24,000 bases of DNA, taken from the NCBI RefSeq assembly GCF_052065695.1, contig NZ_JBQHTM010000008.1:1-24000 (forward strand), given 5' to 3'. Numbering within the stretch: position 1 is the stretch's first letter; each line of letters opens with the position of its first letter. Below are positions 7,837-15,020 of this stretch, piece after piece. The position numbers and the translations under genes were made by a program. The notes under the pieces are model-generated. The model searched no databases and was not told the origin of the DNA. It saw only the letters and a list, made by a program, of their open reading frames with translations. The DNA comes from Intestinimonas sp. HCP28S3_D6 (GTDB taxonomy: Bacteria; Bacillota; Clostridia; Oscillospirales; Oscillospiraceae).

Positions 7837-8682
7837 ATGGAGAATGTATTTTTGCCCGGTACTGTTAGACAGCGGCTTGCCGATCTGATGAAATATCACA
7901 AGGTATCTCAGACTGACCTTGCGCTAAAAATTGGATGCGGCGACAGCTTGCTCAGCCGTTTCCTAACCGGAAAGACAGACAAGATCGGTGACGAAAACAT
8001 CATCCGTATTGCTAGAGTATTCAATGTGTCCACCGACTTTCTTTTAGGCGTGACCAATGTTCCCGATAGAAAAAATTATGAGATTGAAGAGCTGGGCTTG
8101 TCAGCCCAGGCGGCACGAAACCTCTACACCGGCAAGGTTAATACACAAGTGGTCAATCGGCTCTTGGAAAGTCCCCGCTTTGCTGAGCTGACCTACATAT
8201 TGGAGCAGTATTTCAATGACACTATCGCATCCGGCTTTGCAGCTCAGAATCAGCTTTACGCTACCCTTGCCAATCTGACAAGAAGTACCGTACAAACCGA
8301 TGCAGCGAAAGAAGCTGCCAAGGACATCAGCCGTTTACGGACACCGGCATATCAGGCAGATCTCGCCACCATTGAAGCTCAATTTATGGCGGCAGTCAAA
8401 GAAGTGAAGAAAGAGATCGGTCACGATTTTACAGTACAGCAGGCCCTCACCAAAGAAGCCGCCGAGCGAATGTTTACAGAGCTTACAAAAGGTCAGGATA
8501 TGGAAAACCCCAAGGTCACACCGGAGCATGTGACCGAACTGATTATCGACAGCGTTGCCGGTATGGATGGGGTCAACCAAGAAGCACTGGACAAGCTCAG
8601 TCAGGCGTTGACCGACTTTATGCAGACCACCTTGGATCAGGCGGCAATACAGGAGAAGGACGATGAAAAACCAGAGCAATGA
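7837..8682 (+). CDS. XRE-family transcriptional regulator with a long C-terminal helical extension.
   Basis: N-terminal HTH_3 motif: RQRLADLMKYHKVSQTDLALKIGCGDSLLSRFLTGK...IRIARVFNVSTDFLLG. It starts 4 nt after the upstream stop. Confidence 0.85.
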   Translation: MENVFLPGTVRQRLADLMKYHKVSQTDLALKIGCGDSLLSRFLTGKTDKIGDENIIRIARVFNVSTDFLLGVTNVPDRKNYEIEELGLSAQAARNLYTGKVNTQVVNRLLESPRFAELTYILEQYFNDTIASGFAAQNQLYATLANLTRSTVQTDAAKEAAKDISRLRTPAYQADLATIEAQFMAAVKEVKKEIGHDFTVQQALTKEAAERMFTELTKGQDMENPKVTPEHVTELIIDSVAGMDGVNQEALDKLSQALTDFMQTTLDQAAIQEKDDEKPEQ

Positions 8683-9325
8683 GCAACTCTGCACTCTGGC
8701 ACAGAAGGGGAATAGGAACGCCCGTGACCTGCTTCTGGAAAACAATTTCGGCTTTATCCGCAAAACCGCCAACGAGATTTATTTCGGTATGAATCTGGGC
8801 GAAAGCGAACTCAGTATCGACAAAGACGATCTGGAGCAGGAGGGCTGCATCGGCTTATTGGATGCCATCCCTCGCTTTGACAGTAGCAAAGGCGCCAAGT
8901 TTCTGACCTATGCCGCACCGTCCATCCGAAACGCCATGACCGATTTGATACGGAATGCGTTTTCTCAATTTGAGCAGCGAATGACCGACACCACAGATGG
9001 ACTTGCCTTTCAGAAAATCCGTCTGGATGAAGTTGTCCCCGGCGAGGAACGGTTGCTGCGTATCGAAGCGGTTGCCGACCCGATTGCCAAATCGCCGGAA
9101 CAGATTTATGTGGAACAAGAAACATTGCGTGAACTGTATGCGGGACTCGATAGGATTGGAAAGCGAGAGCAAGCCTATCTGCTGTACCGTTTTGGCTTCA
9201 CAGACGATATAGAGCATACGATGATTGGGGCAGCAATCCACTTTAATCTGAGCGAAAGCCGAGCCAAGAAAACCGAGGAACAGGCTATGGACAACCTCTG
9301 GTTAGAGTTGCCGTGGTGGTTTTAG
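8663..9325 (+). CDS. Sigma-70 family RNA polymerase sigma factor (element-encoded).
   Basis: Region 2-like EQEGCIGLLDAIPRFDSSKGAKFLTYAAPSIRNAMTD and region 4-like REQAYLLYRFGF...AAIHFNLSESRAKKTEEQAMDNL. It overlaps the XRE gene by 20 nt. Confidence 0.85.
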   Translation: MKNQSNEQLCTLAQKGNRNARDLLLENNFGFIRKTANEIYFGMNLGESELSIDKDDLEQEGCIGLLDAIPRFDSSKGAKFLTYAAPSIRNAMTDLIRNAFSQFEQRMTDTTDGLAFQKIRLDEVVPGEERLLRIEAVADPIAKSPEQIYVEQETLRELYAGLDRIGKREQAYLLYRFGFTDDIEHTMIGAAIHFNLSESRAKKTEEQAMDNLWLELPWWF

Positions 9326-9758
9326 TGCGTGTCGCTGTGGCGGGACAGGGGCTTATATACCTCTGCTTCCTTCTCCGGTCAGTCGGATTTTGTTTCTCAA
9401 AAATCCTGCATTTGTGTCAACGCCTTTGTCACAAAATCCGCCTGCCCTACTGCCGCCGAGAAGCGTCTGTCCGCTTCAATCTGCCTATGTCGCAGATGCT
9501 GCAGCCAGCCCCTTTCCAGCGTCAGCCGGAAGCAAAGGTATAACACACTAGACTTTGCAAGCAAAATCGTGTGCCAACAGGGATGTTTCTCGCCCCTATT
9601 GGAAACCCAGAGCCAAGGGGCTGCCCCCCTCTGGACACCTCATATTTTCTTCACACGGTGGTACCCAAACTGAAAGAATCAGTTTGACACCGGTGCGAAG
9701 AAAATACAAAAGGAAGCATCTGCACATGAATCTGCAAACTGCTAATCTTCCTTTTGTC

Positions 9759-9801
9759 CTGACAATCTGAATATTAATATGGTGCAATTTCAGATTGTCA
9801 G
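9759..9801. promoter_or_regulatory. Perfect 13-bp inverted repeat at the upstream edge of the AT-rich cargo (operator or boundary candidate).
   Basis: CTGACAATCTGAA (9759-9771) and TTCAGATTGTCAG (9789-9801), separated by 17 nt (TATTAATATGGTGCAAT). The right arm contains TTGTCA (9795-9800), 18 nt before TATTTA (9819-9824). Confidence 0.4.
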
Positions 9802-9868
9802 ATACTATTTCAACGATTTATTTATGCTTAACCATATGCGAATGCGGTCAGAAAGGAATCAGAAAAAT

Positions 9869-10520
9869 TATGGAATGGATAACCAAGTTAATTGATCTTC
9901 TAAAGGTACCATTAAAAGTTCTTTTACCCTCGGCATGGCTTTTTTCATCCGCCATGACCTTATTTCCTGACAGATGGCTTGAAAAATTAGGTTTACTAGA
10001 GTGGAAAAATGAGCACCTGTTTGCTTTTGGATTAATACTTATTATCACCTCCTGCCTGATCCTGGTGTATTCATTTATTTATACGAAATCAAAAATTACT
10101 CATCTTATTTCCAAACTTTTCTTGAACAGAAATACTATGAAAAAATTTTCAAGTATGAGTGATGTTGAAAAAGCAATTATTCTCAAACTTTACCACTCGC
10201 CCGCATTTACTTGCGAACTTGACTATGGGCAGCCTGTAATAAAAGGCCTTGTTGCACGCAATTACTTATATGGTGGTGGTCAGCAATTAGTTCGAACATC
10301 CTTATATTCAACAGCGTTACCGGTAAAACTTACGCTCCAACCATTTGTTTATCAGGCACTGGATTATTACAAAGAAAAGCTATCACGAGAAATTGAAAAA
10401 ACAGAAAAAAAGATCGCTAAAACGAAAAGAGAATCAAAACTAAGCAAATTGAATTATAAACTTTATGAGCTGAAAGATTGCTATGAAGCATATTTCGACG
10501 AAAACTTGTTTAAGGAATAA
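9869..10520 (+). CDS. Membrane protein resembling superinfection-exclusion protein B (SieB-like).
   Basis: Two hydrophobic segments (VLLPSAWLFSSAMTLFP and LFAFGLILIITSCLILVYSFIY). A cytoplasmic domain follows with the ...SDVEKAIILKLYHSPAFTCELDYGQPVIKGLVARNYLY pattern, then a Lys/Glu-rich helix. This layout matches my recollection of the SieB family. ATG at 9869 is preferred over the track start at 9795. Confidence 0.6.
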
Positions 10521-10563
10521 CTCTCAAACGTAAATGCTAATAGGCGATTAATGGGGGGTAATT

Positions 10564-13500
10564 ATGGATAAAGCCACTTCAACTGAAATTATCACAACAT
10601 ACTTTAAAGCTGTATGCGACGCATACCGTCTCGGAAATGTTGAGTCATCTTATAACGCACCAATAATGGCTCTGTTCACAGATATTGGATGTGCTGCCCG
10701 TGATTTGTCTGGTGAGCGTAAAGGTCAAACCGGAGAAAATATTGATATTAAACTGTGGCACAGCGAGGAAGAAGTTACAGAAACTGAACCGTTTGCTGGC
10801 GTTGAAGTTAAAAAAGTTGGAGGCATTGACAAGAGAGCCCTCTCCCAGATCAAAATCGAAGCTGATCGGTATGGCAATGCTATTTTAACTGATAATCTTG
10901 AATGGCGTTTTTGGCGTGCTGGTGATACGGAGATGTATACCGGTTTGCGAATTATGGAATTGGTTAATGACAAACTGGTTCTAAGAGAAGATAACGTCGA
11001 GCTGTTTATTAGCCTCGTAGAAGATTTTCTGCTTCGTGATCCTGCACAAATAAAATCATCCACCAAGCTTGCTGAATATATGGCAATGCATGCTCGCACA
11101 ATACGCAGCATAATTTCTGGTATTCTTAAAGATGACGGCAATGGACAACCTCTTGTCACTGACAGTCAAAAGAGACTACCTATGTTTATAGAATTATATG
11201 GGCTATATAGCAGGATTAAATCTGACCTCCGGCCTCTCATGAACACTCGTGAATTTGCTGATATGTATGCCCAGACCATTGTCTATGGTTTATTTATCGC
11301 AAGATACAATGACACAACACCGGACTCCTTTGACAGATATGAGGCCATAAAATATCTGCAAGAAGAATCCGAACTCCTCAAACAGTTCTTCATGCATATT
11401 GCCGGAACCGGCAGAAAACACCCTACCCTTGAAGGCGTTATTGAAAAGTTGTGTTCTTTGTACCGTATTTGTAATATTTCTGCTTTGCTGGAGCGAGATG
11501 AGAAGAAGGATACGATTATCCATTTTTATGAAGAATTTCTGACTTTCTATGATCCGGCATTAAGAAAATCGCTTGGCGTTTTTTATACACCAGTTCAAGC
11601 CGTACAATATTTAGTTTCAACTGTAGATAAGATTTTGGTTGAAGATTTCGGTATTGAAGGGGGACTCTCGAATAACGAACTAATCACAACGAAAGTTCCG
11701 TGTGCACCATACAAAGTAACAAAGACCAAGTGGTCCAGCGAAATGACAGTTTCTGTACCCCGTGTAGCTATTCTCGATCCAGCCTGCGGCACTGGTTCGT
11801 TTGGTGCAGAGATCATCAAATATATTAAAAATACATATTTTTCTGGCGCTCGGTCAGCATTTTATGAAAACTACATTCAGCAGGAAAACGGCTTGCTTTC
11901 CCGCTTAATTGGTTTTGAGATTATGATGACCAGTTATGTTGTTGCGCACTTAAAAATTCGTCGCACAATTGATGAAACGCTCGGTCATTTGCCAACAGTT
12001 CAGCTCCCCACAAACATTTTTTTGACAAACACCCTGGCACCACCCATGTCGGATTTGGAGCGAGGTGAACAGTTGACTTTGTTTGATTTCTCTGCTGCCA
12101 TTACTGAGGAAGCCTACAACGCAGATACATGGAAAGCCCGTCGCCCCATCAAGGTAATCATCGGTAATCCTCCATATCTGGCGGCATCTACAAATCCATA
12201 TGATATTTCGGCATACAAAACTGAAACGGATGGTGTGACTGATTTTGGTGAAAGAAAGCACTGGCTGAATGATGATTATGTAAAATTTTTCCGTTTCTCC
12301 GAACAGATCATCGATAAGAACAAAGAAGGTGTGCTTGCCTTTGTATCCAATAACGGATACTTAGACAATCCGACCTTTAGGGGTATGCGTGGCAGCCTTC
12401 TGAGATCCTTTGATAAAATCTATATCGTAAATCTTCACGGCAGCGCAAATAAAAAGGAAACCGCTCCCGACGGAAGCAGGGATGAAAATATCTTTGATAT
12501 TATGCAAGGTGTATCTTTGTTCATCGGAGTCAAAAAAACAAAGAAAACAGATTGGGCAAAAGTATACTATACGGATATTTGGGGAACCCGGGAAACCAAA
12601 CTGGAGGCCCTTGCCAAAGGCGATCTGACATTCACTCTGTTGAAGCTGGATCATAAGATGGCGTACTTTATTCCTTTCGGAAATAGCGACAAAGATGCCT
12701 ATGATAAAGGGGTTAGTATTGCAGAACTGTTTCCGATAAGTGTGACAGGAATTGTTTCTGGCAACGATAGTGTAGCCATTGCACCTACAAAAGCCGAATT
12801 AATTAGACGGATGGATATTGTTAAGCATGCCACAGAAGAAAAAGATATATTCAATCTATGGGGGAGATTCAGCCGTGGACAAACAGCAGAAAAGATCCAA
12901 AATGATGTCCTATCAGAAGGCAAAATAACTCAGATTTCTTTCCGCCCGTTTGATTCTCGATGGACATATTATTCTGGCAATTCCTGCGGATGGGTTCTTT
13001 GGCCCAGAGAAAAGAGCACCATGGGGCATTTGCTGGCCGAACCGACGAGCCCTATTGGAGCCAATATTGGTTTGGTATTCTGCAAAACCTCCAGAAACTT
13101 CTTTTCTCCGTTTGTGTCCAGGAATATCATCGCACATCGGCTGTTCTCTGCTATGTGCGAGATCACCTACATCGCACCACTTTATCTTCGTTCAGAGTCG
13201 GAACTGACTGGCGAAAGCTGGACTGCAAATTTGAACGATGATGCATTTAATAAATTAACCCAGTATTTGCCTACAAAGCCCACACCAATTGAGGTGTTTG
13301 ACTATGTGTACGGCATTCTGCACGATCCGGTTTACTGCGAGAAATACGAGCAGTATCTTTGCAGAGATTTTCCACGTGTTCCGGTCATCAATGAGCCAGA
13401 GGAAGAAAGAACCGACGGTACATTTTTCGTAAGTGAAGATTTGTATAGAGAATATGTTGTTACCGGCGAACGGCTTAGAAAACTGCATCTTATGCAAATC

Positions 13501-13797
13501 AAGGTGCCTGCCGAGCTTATGTTAGATCCTAACACACCTGATGATATGGAAATCGGAGCCGTTAAATACAAAAACGGTGTGCTTCAGTTAAACGCCAACA
13601 AACACATTACCGGTATTTCTCAGGATGTATGGCAATACCAAATTGGCGGACATCAGGTGTTGGACAAGTGGTTTAAGGAACATAAGGGCGAAACACTCAC
13701 TATTGATTCCTTTACTCACATTGAAAATGTGGTGGGATTGCTTGCGGAGACAATCAACTTGCGAGAACATATGCGAAGTTTGCACAAGCAAATTTAA
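10564..13797 (+). CDS. Type IIG/PglX-like N6-adenine DNA methyltransferase with a putative N-terminal PD-(D/E)xK nuclease domain and a type-ISP-like C-terminal specificity domain.
   Basis: MmeI-like N-terminal pattern: D61 (NIDIKLW), E81-x-K83 (GVEVKKVG), then QIKIEADRYG and ILTDNLEWRFWR. Motif X is FYEEFLTFYDPALRKSLGVFYTP. SAM motif I is DPACGTGSF (nt 11776-11802). Catalytic NPPY is at nt 12166-12177. C-terminal hallmarks are FRPFDSRWTYY, VFDYVYGILHDPVYCEKYEQYLCRDFPRVP and WQYQIGGHQVLDKWFKEHKG. No helicase motifs. Confidence 0.85.
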   Translation: MDKATSTEIITTYFKAVCDAYRLGNVESSYNAPIMALFTDIGCAARDLSGERKGQTGENIDIKLWHSEEEVTETEPFAGVEVKKVGGIDKRALSQIKIEADRYGNAILTDNLEWRFWRAGDTEMYTGLRIMELVNDKLVLREDNVELFISLVEDFLLRDPAQIKSSTKLAEYMAMHARTIRSIISGILKDDGNGQPLVTDSQKRLPMFIELYGLYSRIKSDLRPLMNTREFADMYAQTIVYGLFIARYNDTTPDSFDRYEAIKYLQEESELLKQFFMHIAGTGRKHPTLEGVIEKLCSLYRICNISALLERDEKKDTIIHFYEEFLTFYDPALRKSLGVFYTPVQAVQYLVSTVDKILVEDFGIEGGLSNNELITTKVPCAPYKVTKTKWSSEMTVSVPRVAILDPACGTGSFGAEIIKYIKNTYFSGARSAFYENYIQQENGLLSRLIGFEIMMTSYVVAHLKIRRTIDETLGHLPTVQLPTNIFLTNTLAPPMSDLERGEQLTLFDFSAAITEEAYNADTWKARRPIKVIIGNPPYLAASTNPYDISAYKTETDGVTDFGERKHWLNDDYVKFFRFSEQIIDKNKEGVLAFVSNNGYLDNPTFRGMRGSLLRSFDKIYIVNLHGSANKKETAPDGSRDENIFDIMQGVSLFIGVKKTKKTDWAKVYYTDIWGTRETKLEALAKGDLTFTLLKLDHKMAYFIPFGNSDKDAYDKGVSIAELFPISVTGIVSGNDSVAIAPTKAELIRRMDIVKHATEEKDIFNLWGRFSRGQTAEKIQNDVLSEGKITQISFRPFDSRWTYYSGNSCGWVLWPREKSTMGHLLAEPTSPIGANIGLVFCKTSRNFFSPFVSRNIIAHRLFSAMCEITYIAPLYLRSESELTGESWTANLNDDAFNKLTQYLPTKPTPIEVFDYVYGILHDPVYCEKYEQYLCRDFPRVPVINEPEEERTDGTFFVSEDLYREYVVTGERLRKLHLMQIKVPAELMLDPNTPDDMEIGAVKYKNGVLQLNANKHITGISQDVWQYQIGGHQVLDKWFKEHKGETLTIDSFTHIENVVGLLAETINLREHMRSLHKQI

Positions 13798-13812
13798 AAA
13801 AACGGGGGAAAC

Positions 13813-15000
13813 ATGGATAAGATAATTAAAATTCCAGTGGATACAGGAAAGGTTGTAATTTCAGAAGATATAAAGTCCATACTCAAGAATTTGTTTTCCG
13901 GATGCAGAGTAAGTTTCCTGCTTGGTGCTGGCTTTTCTGCAAATCTGTTAGGCACTTTGAGTAATAATGAGGTAATTTTTGAAGCATTACAAAAATATCA
14001 AGTCAAAAATGAAGATGAACGAAAAAAGATCACTATTCTATCTGCATTTTTGTATTGGTCGTTCTTCATTAGATGTATCGAACCGATCTCCTCCAAAGTA
14101 TCGACATATGATCCCTCATTTGCCCCTTACAAAGAATTTGGAGATATTGTGTACCGGATTTTTGCCGAAAGAGGAAATCCAGCATTGGATCGACAGTTCA
14201 ACATCTTTACAACAAATTACGACCCAATAATTGAGCTGATCTTTGACCATTCAACCTGTATATGCAATGATGGCTTTGAAGGGAGAATTGAACCTCGATT
14301 TTCCACCGATAACTACTCAAAAACGTATTATAGGCAAGCAGTATTCTCCAACAGGAAAGCTGAAATCCCATCTGTGAATCTTTTAAAGTTGCACGGGTCT
14401 GTTACTTGGAGCACAGACATCATTTGGGGAGGTATTGAGTATCAGCAATATCGAACCCAAATACATCACTTTACCAAAGAGCACTCTACATTGTTTGATG
14501 TAGCTATGGTATCAAGAATTGATGCTCATTTTACGGCTGATCAACCGGATGAAGCAAATAAACAAATTCAATCTTTGCTTGCGAGTACTATTTTTGATTC
14601 ATTACTTGCCAAAGAGGGAGACTATGACAAATTCATTCAATCGTACAAAAATTCCTTCCTAATTGTGAACCCAACAAAGGAAAAATTCAGTGATACCCTA
14701 TTAAACAAAAATTATTATGAGCTTCTGCGCATTTTCTCCAATGAGTTGGAAAAAGAGAACTCACTTCTAGTAGTCAATGGTTTTTCTTTTAGAGATGAGC
14801 ACATCCTTGATGTAGTAAAACGCTCCATGGTTAATCCATCCTTGAAAATACTCATTTTCACATATCAAGAAACAGCGATTGGGGACTTTCAAAAACTATT
14901 CGGTGAGGCGAAGAATAATAACATTACTTATATTACGCTGGATGGAGAAAAGCTGTCTTTGGATTATTTCAATCAGATTTTGTCACATATCCATTCCTAA
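13813..15000 (+). CDS. SIR2-family (SIR2_2-type) putative NAD+ hydrolase, partner of HerA.
   Basis: FLLGAGFS (aa 35-42), TTNYD (aa 133-137), LLKLHGSVTWS (His194) and VVNGFSFRDEHI. It starts 15 nt after the methyltransferase stop, preceded by GGGGG. Confidence 0.85.
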   Translation: MDKIIKIPVDTGKVVISEDIKSILKNLFSGCRVSFLLGAGFSANLLGTLSNNEVIFEALQKYQVKNEDERKKITILSAFLYWSFFIRCIEPISSKVSTYDPSFAPYKEFGDIVYRIFAERGNPALDRQFNIFTTNYDPIIELIFDHSTCICNDGFEGRIEPRFSTDNYSKTYYRQAVFSNRKAEIPSVNLLKLHGSVTWSTDIIWGGIEYQQYRTQIHHFTKEHSTLFDVAMVSRIDAHFTADQPDEANKQIQSLLASTIFDSLLAKEGDYDKFIQSYKNSFLIVNPTKEKFSDTLLNKNYYELLRIFSNELEKENSLLVVNGFSFRDEHILDVVKRSMVNPSLKILIFTYQETAIGDFQKLFGEAKNNNITYITLDGEKLSLDYFNQILSHIHS

Positions 15001-15020
15001 AAGGAAAGAGGTGAATCGGT

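Noticed and set aside
9795-9868. Track start at 9795 for the SieB-like gene.
   Set aside because: The extension overlaps the inverted repeat and promoter-like region and adds a Cys-rich non-hydrophobic leader. ATG at 9869 (MEWITKL) gives a sensible N-terminus, although its RBS is only moderate.
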